Shown here: positions 31,028 to 44,025 of the stretch, one piece after another
Layout of the letters: each line of letters starts with the position of its first letter
Position numbering within the stretch: the first letter of the stretch is position 1
DNA from: Verrucomicrobiota bacterium
Lineage (GTDB): Bacteria; Verrucomicrobiota; Verrucomicrobiia; Methylacidiphilales; JBCCWR01
Assembly: GCA_039192515.1 (NCBI GenBank)
Contig: JBCCXA010000010.1
Location: 11,126-75,125 of the forward strand
Length of the DNA stretch: 64,000 nucleotides
Direction of reading: 5' to 3'
The notes under the pieces: generated by a model
The model's database searches: none
What the model saw: the letters and a program-made list of their open reading frames with translations, nothing else
What the model was told of the DNA's origin: nothing
Position numbers and translations under genes: made by a program

Positions 31028-32371
31028 ATGTCTAAAGTAAGAACTCGTTTTGCGCCTTCACCGACAGGGCTCCTACATGTTGGAGGGGCGAGGACTGCTC
31101 TATTCAATTGGCTTTTTGCTAGACATCATAAAGGTTCATTTGTGCTTCGCATCGAAGATACGGACGCTTCTCGTAACACGCCTGAAGCCATCCAAGTTAT
31201 TTTTCAAAGCCTAGAATGGCTTGGATTAGATTGGGACGAAGGACCAACGCAGGATGGGGCGCCAAGAGGGTCCTTAGGTCCCTACCGCCAAAGCCAGCGT
31301 AATGAAATCTATCAAAAATACATCCAACAACTTCTTCAGTCAGGCCATGCTTATGAGGAAGAAAAAGCTGTCCGATTCAAATTACCAAAAGGTAAAATCA
31401 CTGTTGAAGACTTAATTTGTGGCCCCAGAACTTTTGATCTACACGAGCAGCCCGATATCACAATCCGTAGGCCTGACGGTTCACCTATCTTTCACTTAGT
31501 TAATGTAGTTGATGATCTTGAGATGCAAATTACCCATGTGCTGCGTGGAGAAGATCACTTGCAAAACACCCCCAAACACCTTGCTCTCTTTAAAGCACTA
31601 GGAGCTAGTCCACCTGCTTATGCCCACATCCCTCTCATATTAAACCCCAATGGATCGAAGATGAGTAAAAGAGATCTAGGCTCGTCAATCGGAGAATATC
31701 TCCGAAATGAATTCATTCCAGACGCCATTGTTAATTATCTTTGCCTTCTAGGCTGGTCCCCTAAGGATAATTCTGAAATGTTAACTAGCGATGAAATCAT
31801 CTCTCGCTTCGATCTCCATCAGATTAATCGAAGTAATGCGCGGTTCGATATGAAGAAATTACATTGGCTCAATGGAGAGTATTGGAAAAAAATGGATCGA
31901 AAAATTTATCTAGAGCGCGCCAATCTGTTAATAAAGGAAGCAAAATTAGAGGTCACAGACCCTGGCTACTTACAACAAATTTTATTACTTATCCAAGAAC
32001 GTATCAAAACTGGTTTTGATTTAGTCGAACAAGTTCGCACTTTAGTTGATGAGCAGTTTAGTTATGACGAAAAAGCTGAAAAGAAAGTGCTCAAAAAAGA
32101 AGGGGCTACATCTAGACTTGAGACACTTTTAGAAGCTTTTTCAGTGCTCAAAAATTTTTCAGCTGAAGCACTTGAAGAAGCTCTCTTACAACTAACCGAA
32201 AAGCATCAAGAGTCTCCCGGGGCTTACATGCCGTTGTGTCGTTTTTCTGTTTCTGGTCAGAGTGGAGGACCTTCTCTATACCACATGCTTGAAATCATGG
32301 GACAAGAACGCACAATAAGTCGCATGCAAAGAACGCTCAAAAGAGTATCCCAAACCAACAGAGAACAATAA
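31028..32371 (+). CDS. gltX: Glutamate--tRNA ligase
   Basis: RFAPSPTGLLHVGGARTALFNW (HIGH region) and GSKMSKR (KMSKS). Confidence 0.92.
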   Translation: MSKVRTRFAPSPTGLLHVGGARTALFNWLFARHHKGSFVLRIEDTDASRNTPEAIQVIFQSLEWLGLDWDEGPTQDGAPRGSLGPYRQSQRNEIYQKYIQQLLQSGHAYEEEKAVRFKLPKGKITVEDLICGPRTFDLHEQPDITIRRPDGSPIFHLVNVVDDLEMQITHVLRGEDHLQNTPKHLALFKALGASPPAYAHIPLILNPNGSKMSKRDLGSSIGEYLRNEFIPDAIVNYLCLLGWSPKDNSEMLTSDEIISRFDLHQINRSNARFDMKKLHWLNGEYWKKMDRKIYLERANLLIKEAKLEVTDPGYLQQILLLIQERIKTGFDLVEQVRTLVDEQFSYDEKAEKKVLKKEGATSRLETLLEAFSVLKNFSAEALEEALLQLTEKHQESPGAYMPLCRFSVSGQSGGPSLYHMLEIMGQERTISRMQRTLKRVSQTNREQ

Positions 32372-32372
32372 C

Positions 32373-32741
32373 ATGGATAAAACTGTTCCTATAGACACGT
32401 TGTTGGAACAGACCTTTTCTTTTGCTAAGGCTTCTCGGAGTCTAATACTAGATCTGCCACAAACTCCCGCCAATCAAAATGACGGACGACAACTCATAAC
32501 AACCTCTGGAGCTCTAGCGGCTCACTATATCGAAGCTTCAGAGGAACCCCATCCTGACAAAAGTGCTCTTCTCATGAAAACGTGTATTAAGGACGCCAAA
32601 CAAAGTCATTTATGGCTTAGCCTCCTTGACTGCGGCAAAGATACCAACCGTCAGGATTTAAGGAATAAATTATTGGAAGAATCTGAAGATATCCAATTGG
32701 CACTAGCATCTCTCATTCAAGACAAGGCCTCACAGACTTAG
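32373..32741 (+). CDS. Four-helix-bundle protein (23S rRNA IVS-protein-like family)
   Basis: 122 aa with the pattern GRQLITTSGALAAHYIEASE..DKSALLMKTCIKDAKQSHLWLSLL. The ATG lies 1 nt after the gltX stop. Confidence 0.5.
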   Translation: MDKTVPIDTLLEQTFSFAKASRSLILDLPQTPANQNDGRQLITTSGALAAHYIEASEEPHPDKSALLMKTCIKDAKQSHLWLSLLDCGKDTNRQDLRNKLLEESEDIQLALASLIQDKASQT

Positions 32742-32752
32742 TCAGGGAGGAT

Positions 32753-33322
32753 ATGACTATTCCAAACTATATTACCCTCCTTAGAATTCTTCTAATTCCA
32801 CTCTTTTTAGGAGCTCTTATCTATTACGATCAGTCTTCTGGATTAAATGAGCTCTACCGATTGATAGCCCTTTGGTCTTTTGTGATTGCTTCGATATGTG
32901 ACGGTCTGGATGGGTTTCTCGCTCGTAAACTACGTCAAGAGAGCCAGCTTGGTGCTCTGCTAGACCCGCTGGCAGACAAGGCTTTAATCCTCTCTGCCAT
33001 CATTACATTAAGTATTACAAACGTTCCTGAGCTCTATCAACTGCCACTTTGGTTCGCTATTATCATTGTGAGTCGTGACATACTGGTAACTATTGGTTTC
33101 GCTATTTTACATCATGTCGTTCGCTACTATAAGGTAAGTCCTCACTGGTCAGGAAAAACATCCACCGTTTTTCTGATGGGAACTATTATTATGATTCTGC
33201 TTAAGATTACCTGGCTACCTATCGATCCTTTTGTCTATTGCACCGGAGCGCTCATTCTATACTCTGGTGTAGTTTACATCCTTAGAGGTATACGCTTTGT
33301 GCAAGACTCTGGACAAGCATAG
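32753..33322 (+). CDS. pgsA: CDP-alcohol phosphatidyltransferase (PgsA-like)
   Basis: DGLDGFLARKLRQESQLGALLDPLADK matches the family motif D(x)2DG(x)2AR(x)8G(x)3D(x)3D. Confidence 0.8.
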   Translation: MTIPNYITLLRILLIPLFLGALIYYDQSSGLNELYRLIALWSFVIASICDGLDGFLARKLRQESQLGALLDPLADKALILSAIITLSITNVPELYQLPLWFAIIIVSRDILVTIGFAILHHVVRYYKVSPHWSGKTSTVFLMGTIIMILLKITWLPIDPFVYCTGALILYSGVVYILRGIRFVQDSGQA

Positions 33323-33373
33323 CCTCTGCAATTATTATTTTGTCTTTGCCTAGATTCACTTGGATGACTCACT

Positions 33374-34768
33374 ATGAAGCCTATCGTAGCCATTATTGGC
33401 CGACCCAACGTCGGCAAGTCAGCACTCTTTAACCGCATCTGCGGAAAAAAGATTGCCTTAGTGTATGATCAACCAGGCGTTACCAGGGACCGTATGAGCA
33501 CTAACTCTCACTGGAACAACAAAGCTTTTACACTGATGGACACCGGTGGTATAGGCTTAGAGGATGCCAGCGGGTTTGAAGACGCTATTTCAAAAGAAGT
33601 AGAAACCGCCCTGTCCTTTGCAACAGATATTCTTTTTGTAGTCGATGGCAGAGAGGGGCTCAACCCTGTTGACCAAGATATTGCCAATAAGCTACGGCGC
33701 TTTAAGCAGTCGGTTCTTCTTGTCGTCAATAAAATTGACACAGAAAAGCAAGAAGACTTAGAACACGAATTCCATGCGTTGGGTTTTGATAAGATCTATT
33801 CCATCTCAGCAGCTCACGGGCGAGGCATGGATAACCTTATGAGCAGCCTTACCTGTAGCTGGCCTGAAGCAACCCTACAGGAACAAGATGACACCCTACG
33901 CATAGCTCTTGTAGGTCGACCCAACGTGGGAAAGTCTTCATTGATCAATGCTGTGCTCAATCAAGATAGGGTTATTGTTTCACCTATAGCAGGCACAACC
34001 CGAGACTCTGTAGACGTCTTCCTTACTTACCATGAGCAAAATATTTGTTTTGTTGACACTGCAGGCATGAGACGAAAAACCCGAGTTCACAGCCCACTTG
34101 AACAAGCAATGACTGGACGTTCTGCACATTCTATAAACCGTGCCCATATTTGTGCGATAGTGATTGACGCGGTTGAAGGAGTTTCTCAACAAGAGAAGAA
34201 AATTGCTGGCCTCATTCATGAAGCAAATAAACCATGTCTTATCATTATTAATAAATGGGACTTAGCCGTAGAATCACTACGCAATCAAGAGGCTGAGGAG
34301 GCTTTAAAGGACAAAGATAAACGGAAAGCTATCCCAAGCCTAAAGGAGTTCAAGGCTGACTATGAGCAAGCGGTAATGGGCGAGCTTTTCTTCCTTCCCT
34401 ATGCACCGATGTTTTTTGTCAGCGCGGTAAATAGAAAAAACATGAATGGCTGGATAAAAGCCTTGTTGAATATCAATAAGCAGCGCTTACTGAACCTACC
34501 AACCGGCGAATTAAATCGACTGGTGAAGCGCCTGACTGAAACTCACCCACCCCCAAGAAATAAAGGAAGAAATCGGAGCTTAAAAATATTCTATGCCAGC
34601 CAACTCAAAGGTGAACACTCGACGCCAAGTATAGCCCTTTTTGTAAACCATCCCGAAGATCTATCAAATAACTACCTGCGCTACATTGAGGGCCAAATTC
34701 GAAAGACCTATCCATTAGTAGGCTGCCCTATCAAATGGGAAGTTCGCGGACGCCGCAAAGAAGATTAG
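33374..34768 (+). CDS. der: Ribosome-biogenesis GTPase Der (EngA)
   Basis: Two GTPase domains (GRPNVGKSALFN, DTGG, NKID and GRPNVGKSSLIN, DTAG, NKWD) plus a KH-like C-terminus. Confidence 0.92.
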   Translation: MKPIVAIIGRPNVGKSALFNRICGKKIALVYDQPGVTRDRMSTNSHWNNKAFTLMDTGGIGLEDASGFEDAISKEVETALSFATDILFVVDGREGLNPVDQDIANKLRRFKQSVLLVVNKIDTEKQEDLEHEFHALGFDKIYSISAAHGRGMDNLMSSLTCSWPEATLQEQDDTLRIALVGRPNVGKSSLINAVLNQDRVIVSPIAGTTRDSVDVFLTYHEQNICFVDTAGMRRKTRVHSPLEQAMTGRSAHSINRAHICAIVIDAVEGVSQQEKKIAGLIHEANKPCLIIINKWDLAVESLRNQEAEEALKDKDKRKAIPSLKEFKADYEQAVMGELFFLPYAPMFFVSAVNRKNMNGWIKALLNINKQRLLNLPTGELNRLVKRLTETHPPPRNKGRNRSLKIFYASQLKGEHSTPSIALFVNHPEDLSNNYLRYIEGQIRKTYPLVGCPIKWEVRGRRKED

Positions 34769-34919
34769 GCCACCTGCCTTACTGCCCCAAGCAATCGATA
34801 GCAAGTCTCCAGATTGCCTAATTTTTCTTGAATTTAGTCCTATCAAAGTCACTTTGGTAAGGAAACTTTTTATTTTTATTTTCGACCTCCATAACCCACT
34901 CATAATAAACAACTTATAA

Positions 34920-37595
<2,676 letters not shown>

Positions 37596-37626
37596 GACCT
37601 TATAACTTTCCGACACTTTAATAACC

Positions 37627-40284
37627 ATGGCAGACGAAAAACAACCCCCATCAGATAAACCATCAGAAGAATCTTTCTTATCAGCCCAGAACATATCGAA
37701 CATCAATGTTGCTGATGAAATCAAGAACTCGTTTCTTGATTACTCCATGTCCGTCATCATTTCTCGCGCTCTGCCTGATGCGCGCGATGGGCTCAAGCCT
37801 TCACAGCGCCGCATTCTCTATGCCATGCATGAGCTAAGCCTCTACCCGCCAAAGAAGCACATGAAATGCGCTAAGATCGCAGGCGACACTTCAGGAAATT
37901 ATCACCCGCACGGTGAGGCTGTGATCTATCCAACACTCGTCAACATGGCTCAAAACTGGTCTATGCGAGATCCTTTGATCCATCCTCAGGGAAACTTTGG
38001 CTCCATAGAAGGTGACCCCCCTGCAGCCATGCGTTACACCGAAGCTCGTTTATCTCACCTCGGTGGAACCCTGATGAACGACATGGACAAAGATACTGTG
38101 GATTTTGTTCCCAATTATGACGAGCGCCTCACAGAACCAAGCGTTTTTCCAGCCTCGTTTCCTAATCTCCTTGTAAATGGAGGAACCGGTATAGCAGTAG
38201 GTATGGCTACTAATATACCACCACATAATCTAGGCGAGGTCATTGATGGAATATGTGCTCAGATTGATCATTCAAATATTACTATCCCTGAGCTGATGCA
38301 ATATATTAAAGGTCCTGATTTTCCTACAGGGGCAAGCATCCTAGGCGTTAGAGGTATTAATGAGTATTTCCATACCGGCAGAGGATCTGTCCGAGTTCGT
38401 GCTAAACTTCATACTGAAGAACATACTGGCGGTAAAGAGGTTATCATTGTTGACGAAATCCCTTACAATGTAAACCGAGCCACCTTAGTAAGCCGCATTG
38501 CAGAGCTAGTTAATGAAAAAGTTCTTACAGACATTTCTGCTATTCGCGATGAATCAGATGAAAATACTCGCGTAGTCATTGAACTAAAGAGATCTGCCGT
38601 TCCCAAAGTAATTATTAACAACCTTTACAAACTCACAGCACTGGAGAGTTCCTTTAGTGCTAACATACTGGCCATCGACCAGAAGCGCCCGAAAATTCTC
38701 AACCTTAAAGAGATTATCAACTGCTATATCGAACACCGTCGTGAAGTCATTATTAGACGCACAAGATTCGAATTAGGAAAAGCGGAAAAGCGCGCCGAAA
38801 CCTTAGAAGGCTACCTGATTGCTCTAGGTAACTTAGATGAATTTATTCGTGTCATCCGAGAATCATCTAATAGAGAAGAAGCTAAGAATAAACTCTTGGC
38901 CTATGAATACAGTCGCGAAGTTGCAGAGCAATTTGGAATCACCATCCGCAATGAATCACGCCTCGATAATAGCCAATACAAAATTTCAGAACAACAAGTA
39001 GATGCTATCCTAGAGCTGCGACTTTACCAGCTCACAGGCCTCGAAATTGGCAAAGTCAAAGACGAGTATGCCAAGCTCCTAGAGCGTATTGCGGATCTTC
39101 AAGATATTCTGGCACGTGAAGAACGCGTCCTACAGATTATCAAAGATGAGCTCAATGCTATTAAGGAGAAACATGCAACCCCTCGACTTACCGAAATTAT
39201 TCCCGATGAAGGGGAAATGAATATTGAGGACTTGATTGTTAATGAAGGAGTGATTATTACACTCACTCATGGTGGTATGATCAAGCGCACCAATATCACC
39301 GAATACCGTGCTCAACGACGTGGTGGCAAAGGAGTCATTGGCCTAAAGACTCAGAGCTCCTCTGCTGACGAAGAAAACATCGACTTTGTTGAACACCTCT
39401 TCACAGCAAGCATGCATGACTATCTTATGTTCTTCACGAACATCGGGCGTGTCTATGTTGAACGAGTCTACAGCATCCCTGAAGGCACTAGAGTTTCTAA
39501 AGGGCGTAATATCGCTAACGTCCTTGAATTACAGCCGAATGAAAAAGTAGTCGAGATCATGCGACTGGAATCAAAAATCGACGAAGAGGGTAAAGATGTT
39601 ACTCTGCGTGATGACAACAAATTCGTTTTCTTTGCCACTCAACAAGGCACTGTCAAAAAAACCGCGCTTTCCGCTTTTGCAAACGTCCGAAAGGGAGGCA
39701 TTCATGCCATTAAGATTGACGAGAACGACGTGCTCATTGACTGCAAACTCACCAACGGAACCAACGAGCTTGTACTAATAAGTGCCAAAGGCCTCTCCTT
39801 AAGATTTTCTGAAGATAATGTGCGCCCCATGGGAAGAACCGCGGCGGGTGTAAGAGGTATTAATTTAACATCAGGAGATAAAGTGGTAGCTCTAGCGCTT
39901 GTCTCTGACGAAGCGACTCTCCTAGTAGCCGCGGAAAACGGTATTGGGAAACGCAGTTCCTTCGAGGAATATCGTAAACAAGGAAGAGGTGGTAAAGGAA
40001 TTATCACTATGAAAACCAATGACAAGACAGGACTTGTCATTGGAGCCCTAACTGTCAAAGAGACAGATGAAATCATGCTTATTACGACCCAAGGTCAAAT
40101 GGTCAGAACAGCTATTAAGGATATCCGCGAAGCAGGCCGCGCCACAATGGGCGTCAAACTAGTCACTACCGACTCCAATGACTCTTTACAAGCCATTGCC
40201 CGCGTTATTGAGCGCGAAGATGACTCTGAAGTAGAGGAAGATTCAGAGACCATAAACCCATCCGAGGTGACTGGAAAAGATTAA
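37627..40284 (+). CDS. gyrA: DNA gyrase subunit A
   Basis: DGLKPSQRRILYAM, GNYHPHGEAVIYPTLV, AAMRYTEARL (active-site Tyr) and a C-terminal beta-pinwheel with repeats ending in GRGGKG. Confidence 0.95.
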   Translation: MADEKQPPSDKPSEESFLSAQNISNINVADEIKNSFLDYSMSVIISRALPDARDGLKPSQRRILYAMHELSLYPPKKHMKCAKIAGDTSGNYHPHGEAVIYPTLVNMAQNWSMRDPLIHPQGNFGSIEGDPPAAMRYTEARLSHLGGTLMNDMDKDTVDFVPNYDERLTEPSVFPASFPNLLVNGGTGIAVGMATNIPPHNLGEVIDGICAQIDHSNITIPELMQYIKGPDFPTGASILGVRGINEYFHTGRGSVRVRAKLHTEEHTGGKEVIIVDEIPYNVNRATLVSRIAELVNEKVLTDISAIRDESDENTRVVIELKRSAVPKVIINNLYKLTALESSFSANILAIDQKRPKILNLKEIINCYIEHRREVIIRRTRFELGKAEKRAETLEGYLIALGNLDEFIRVIRESSNREEAKNKLLAYEYSREVAEQFGITIRNESRLDNSQYKISEQQVDAILELRLYQLTGLEIGKVKDEYAKLLERIADLQDILAREERVLQIIKDELNAIKEKHATPRLTEIIPDEGEMNIEDLIVNEGVIITLTHGGMIKRTNITEYRAQRRGGKGVIGLKTQSSSADEENIDFVEHLFTASMHDYLMFFTNIGRVYVERVYSIPEGTRVSKGRNIANVLELQPNEKVVEIMRLESKIDEEGKDVTLRDDNKFVFFATQQGTVKKTALSAFANVRKGGIHAIKIDENDVLIDCKLTNGTNELVLISAKGLSLRFSEDNVRPMGRTAAGVRGINLTSGDKVVALALVSDEATLLVAAENGIGKRSSFEEYRKQGRGGKGIITMKTNDKTGLVIGALTVKETDEIMLITTQGQMVRTAIKDIREAGRATMGVKLVTTDSNDSLQAIARVIEREDDSEVEEDSETINPSEVTGKD

Positions 40285-40826
40285 CCCTTTTGCTTCGATT
40301 TTTTATTATCTTTCTCAACGAATTTTTTAAGCTTTTTCCACTGGGATTTCTTAACGATATAGCCTACACAATTCTCCGTGCCACAGTGGCATGGATGCTC
40401 CTGGTAGTGCTCAATATCATAGCCATAATTATATCCTAGCTCTTGCCCTGTTTTAATTCGTTTTGTAGCATGCACCCAAATTTCACCATCTACATTGTAA
40501 GCTTTGCAATTCGGTTCACAGGTGTGATTGATATATTTGCCTGGATTATGTGGTACGTTCCCATCTAAATCATAACGCTTATTTAAATCAAATATATAGA
40601 CAGCACCCTCATCAGTCCCTTTACTACGCTCCATTTGAGCAATGGCTCGTTCGTATGACTCTTTCTTGGTAATTTTACGACCTGTATACTGAATAATGGG
40701 TTGCCCCTTTTTGATATCTTCTTTTGCAAACACCCCTGTTCCATGAATAGGGGATTTTCGAACCTCAATACAAGAAGGAACTTCTATCTTCTTTGGATAT
40801 TTATTCTTTTTGCCCATGCTTGGCAA
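40281..40826 (-). CDS. SET-domain protein (putative lysine methyltransferase)
   Basis: GTGVFA..., INHTCEPNC, GQELGYNYGYD and a post-SET-like CHCGTENCVGY. Its stop overlaps the gyrA stop within TTAA at 40281..40284. Confidence 0.8.
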   Translation of the reverse strand: MPSMGKKNKYPKKIEVPSCIEVRKSPIHGTGVFAKEDIKKGQPIIQYTGRKITKKESYERAIAQMERSKGTDEGAVYIFDLNKRYDLDGNVPHNPGKYINHTCEPNCKAYNVDGEIWVHATKRIKTGQELGYNYGYDIEHYQEHPCHCGTENCVGYIVKKSQWKKLKKFVEKDNKKSKQKG

Positions 40827-40865
40827 ACTCTAGCTATGAGGCACAAACTGCAAAGCTAAAATAAA

Positions 40866-41585
40866 TTAGTCAGGTATTTCATATCCAGCAGGTGGCTTAC
40901 TAAACCAAGTCATCCAATGCTTAATATATTTTTCAGGAATTCGAATTACCTGAGTTGGTGACTTATTAAATTGATACTGGGCTAGACCATCTGCCGTTCT
41001 GTAGGCAACAGGAAGGCCCGTTTTTTTTGAAATCCAACCTTCGTAAAGCTCAATATCAGATTCCTTAATAAACTTTTTATCATCTGCAATGGTATAGTAA
41101 TGGCACTCCTGCTCGAACGCTTCCACCACGCCCTTGTAATGCTTTTTCTCAAAAGGCCAAAAACCTGGATAACCTTCCCACACGTTATAATGACCGCGAT
41201 TACCACGAGTCATTCTGATTCTATCTGGATTATCACTACGTGAGTAGAGACGCATACCATGAATCAAGTAGCTCTCCTCTATATAGCCTTTTGTATAGGT
41301 AATCATGCACTTTGCTGTGTGTTCAGTTATCGAATACTCGAATACTACTGGTCGGTTGACTAATGTTTTAGGTTCAGCACTTTCTTCTTCTACAAAGAGT
41401 CTATCTCCATCTGTTTCACCTTCACCATCCTCTTCGGATACAGTGACTTTCCAGCTAGCAAATTCTCCTGGTATAGGAAGTGATGATTCAAGATCCTTCT
41501 TCTTTTCCTGAGCTTGAACCATAACCGTTGAGCCTAACAAATAGGCAAAGGCAACAATTCGATGTAACGTTACTGATCTGTTCAT
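40866..41585 (-). CDS. Hypothetical secreted protein
   Basis: 239 aa with an N-terminal signal-like AFAYLLGSTVMVQAQE. No family was recognised. Confidence 0.5.
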   Translation of the reverse strand: MNRSVTLHRIVAFAYLLGSTVMVQAQEKKKDLESSLPIPGEFASWKVTVSEEDGEGETDGDRLFVEEESAEPKTLVNRPVVFEYSITEHTAKCMITYTKGYIEESYLIHGMRLYSRSDNPDRIRMTRGNRGHYNVWEGYPGFWPFEKKHYKGVVEAFEQECHYYTIADDKKFIKESDIELYEGWISKKTGLPVAYRTADGLAQYQFNKSPTQVIRIPEKYIKHWMTWFSKPPAGYEIPD

Positions 41586-41679
41586 TGTATGATGTTTGGA
41601 TTATAAAATCGCTTTTACAAATTACCAGTTTTTTGGGTTAAGCGACAAAAAAATCTAGAACACATAATAAGACCGGACC

Positions 41680-42471
41680 TTAGGGCTTTTGAAAGAATTC
41701 TCTAGTAAGGCCCGTGTTAAAAGTGATATTTTTGGAAATCTCATCCACCCATAGATCATTGTAAGGCTCAGCATTCCAGTTGGACTGAGTGTATTTGCGT
41801 CTGGCAGGAAGCTTAATTCCGTCAACTGCTTCATATTCCACCATCATTAGCAAAGGATCTTTTTTACCGAAATCCATGACAGTGAATAGAAACTGATCAA
41901 TCAATTTTGTTTTCCGATTGATGTAGACTAGATAGATATCTTTGGCGTCTCCAACACCTTCTTCGAAAGTAATCTTTACCTTATCGTATTGGATGCCATT
42001 AACAACTCCCTCACCTTCGTACAAATAGATAAGTCCAGGGTCAAGAAGCTTGAACATCATGGCAAACCAGTAATAGTTCGTCTTCCGTGTGAACTCTGCC
42101 ATTTTGACCACTTTTGGGTCATTTATAAGCTTACCATCAAGCGTCACATAAGTATTGATGCCATCAAAAACTTGTATTACTTCGCCTTCTTTCCCAGGAA
42201 TTACGAATTTTTCATATTTATGGTATTTGCCCCAGGACAGTTCTCCGTCAAATAGATATTTTTCTTCTGAGATATTTTCTAAACCGCTTTTGTTATCTCT
42301 ATATATATAAGTATAACTAACATCCTTTTTTGCATAAAAAGCGCTTTTACCTCCCATGGCTGCAATAGAATCTGCAATCAATGATTTAGGATCTTTGGTC
42401 CAAGCCATATAACTTGGGCTTAAAAAGAAAATTAGCCCAAACAAAATAAGATGATGTATTTGATATTTCAT
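41680..42471 (-). CDS. Hypothetical secreted protein
   Basis: 263 aa with a signal-like N-terminus MKYQIHHLILFGLIFFLSPSYMAW. No family was recognised. Confidence 0.5.
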   Translation of the reverse strand: MKYQIHHLILFGLIFFLSPSYMAWTKDPKSLIADSIAAMGGKSAFYAKKDVSYTYIYRDNKSGLENISEEKYLFDGELSWGKYHKYEKFVIPGKEGEVIQVFDGINTYVTLDGKLINDPKVVKMAEFTRKTNYYWFAMMFKLLDPGLIYLYEGEGVVNGIQYDKVKITFEEGVGDAKDIYLVYINRKTKLIDQFLFTVMDFGKKDPLLMMVEYEAVDGIKLPARRKYTQSNWNAEPYNDLWVDEISKNITFNTGLTREFFQKP

Positions 42472-42550
42472 GCGTTTGTTTTTATACTAAAACTGGCTTA
42501 TGAGGGGATTTTAAATTTAAGGTAAAGATCTTGTTTTATAGCGCGAAGAT

Positions 42551-42766
42551 TCAATAACGATCACTGCCCAAAAAACCAATCAACCTATTAAGCAATGTTT
42601 GACTAGAGTAATTTCTAACTGCTCCTTTACTTGCGAAGTCATCACTATGCTGATTTTCAATGTTTTCTAACCACCTAAAGGGTGATTGCTCCCATTCGAC
42701 ATTTCCATTTTCAGAAAGTCTTACAGGAGAATCAAAATCTAAAGCTATTTTATACTCTTCCTTCAT
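42551..42766 (-). CDS. Hypothetical small protein
   Basis: 71-aa ORF downstream of, and co-directional with, the TetR gene. The evidence is weak. Confidence 0.3.
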   Translation of the reverse strand: MKEEYKIALDFDSPVRLSENGNVEWEQSPFRWLENIENQHSDDFASKGAVRNYSSQTLLNRLIGFLGSDRY

Positions 42767-42805
42767 GATAAAGATGAATATAGGATACTAGACTAAATAG
42801 TCAAA

Positions 42806-43429
42806 TTAGGAAGTAGATTTCTCTAGTTTCAGCGAGTTAAAAGCCCCCACAAGTTTGAAAACATCTTCTGAGAATCCCCTCAGGATCTCAGGGTCATTCA
42901 GAATCCTTGCCTGGGTTAGAGCCCCTTCAAAGTAAGCGAATATGTTCCTCGCACGCTCATGAGGATCATCGATCTCAATTAACCCCTCACTTTTAGCATC
43001 ACGAATTGCGCTAGTTAAATAGCAAATATAACGGTTGATGAGTTCTTCAACCTTTTGCCTCAATTCTGGCTCTTGAGTAGAAACTTCAGAGCCTAAAGTA
43101 AACATAGGACAACCTAGGACATTGCCCTTTTCTTTCTTGCATTCTACTTGTGTTTGATAAGTCTTGATAAAAAAATTCTCTAAGCGTTCCAAAGGTGGCA
43201 CTGTGGGTGAAAATAGGGCATCCATTGCCTCACGCTTGCATTCCCAGTTATGCTCTAAAGCTGCAGCAGCTAGTTCGCCTTTTGATTTGAAGAAGTAATA
43301 GAAGCTACCTTTTTTCACCTTTGCCCGCTCGCAAATAGCATCAACTGTAGCGCTCCCATAGTTCTGCTCTAAAATCAGATCCATGACTGCCGTTAACAAT
43401 CTTAGCTTAGCATCACTAGTTCTACCCAT
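42806..43429 (-). CDS. TetR/AcrR-family transcriptional regulator
   Basis: N-terminal HTH YGSATVDAICERAKVKKGSFYYFFKSKGELAAAAL. Confidence 0.85.
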   Translation of the reverse strand: MGRTSDAKLRLLTAVMDLILEQNYGSATVDAICERAKVKKGSFYYFFKSKGELAAAALEHNWECKREAMDALFSPTVPPLERLENFFIKTYQTQVECKKEKGNVLGCPMFTLGSEVSTQEPELRQKVEELINRYICYLTSAIRDAKSEGLIEIDDPHERARNIFAYFEGALTQARILNDPEILRGFSEDVFKLVGAFNSLKLEKSTS

Positions 43430-43499
43430 ACCTATATTATAGTTGACTAATTAGTCTAAACAAACTTTTTTTAACGCTCTTCTTGTATTATTTGCAATC

Positions 43500-44006
43500 T
43501 TATCTGTTCTTATCAGAAGCAACTTGAGCGAGCACTTCGGTCAGCAAACGCTCCGTATTCTGGGTAATATCCAATACCAGTGCATTGCATGGCTCCTCTA
43601 GCTCCTTAAACTGGCTTTCTAGAAGTGCCACCGGCATGAAGTGATTAGGTCGAGTATTTATTCTATCGCGAACTAATTCTTTGTCCCCTTTAAGAAAGAT
43701 GATCCAACATTTACCTATTAAACCTTCCAATAAAGTGCCCCGGTGCTTCTCTCTTAGGGCTGAACAGGCGAGAACGGCTGACCCCTGCATCGCCTTTTGT
43801 CTTAAAAGAAGATTTAGTTTGTGAAGCCACGGTTGACGATCTTGATCCCCCAAAGCAATGCCTTGAGACATCTTGGCTATACTAGTATCAAGATGGTAAT
43901 CATCAGCATCATAGAACGAAACTTGGAGCTTACTCGCTAAAGCTCTTCCAAATGTGGTTTTGCCACTACCTGAAACCCCCATAACAAGAAAAATAGGATA
44001 GGTCAC
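43500..44006 (-). CDS. gntK: Gluconokinase (GntK/IdnK family)
   Basis: 168 aa with FLVMGVSGSGKTT..FYDADDYH..KMSQGIALGDQDRQPWL, characteristic of gluconate kinases. Confidence 0.75.
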   Translation of the reverse strand: MTYPIFLVMGVSGSGKTTFGRALASKLQVSFYDADDYHLDTSIAKMSQGIALGDQDRQPWLHKLNLLLRQKAMQGSAVLACSALREKHRGTLLEGLIGKCWIIFLKGDKELVRDRINTRPNHFMPVALLESQFKELEEPCNALVLDITQNTERLLTEVLAQVASDKNR

Positions 44007-44025
44007 GAGCTTAGCAGCAGTAGTC

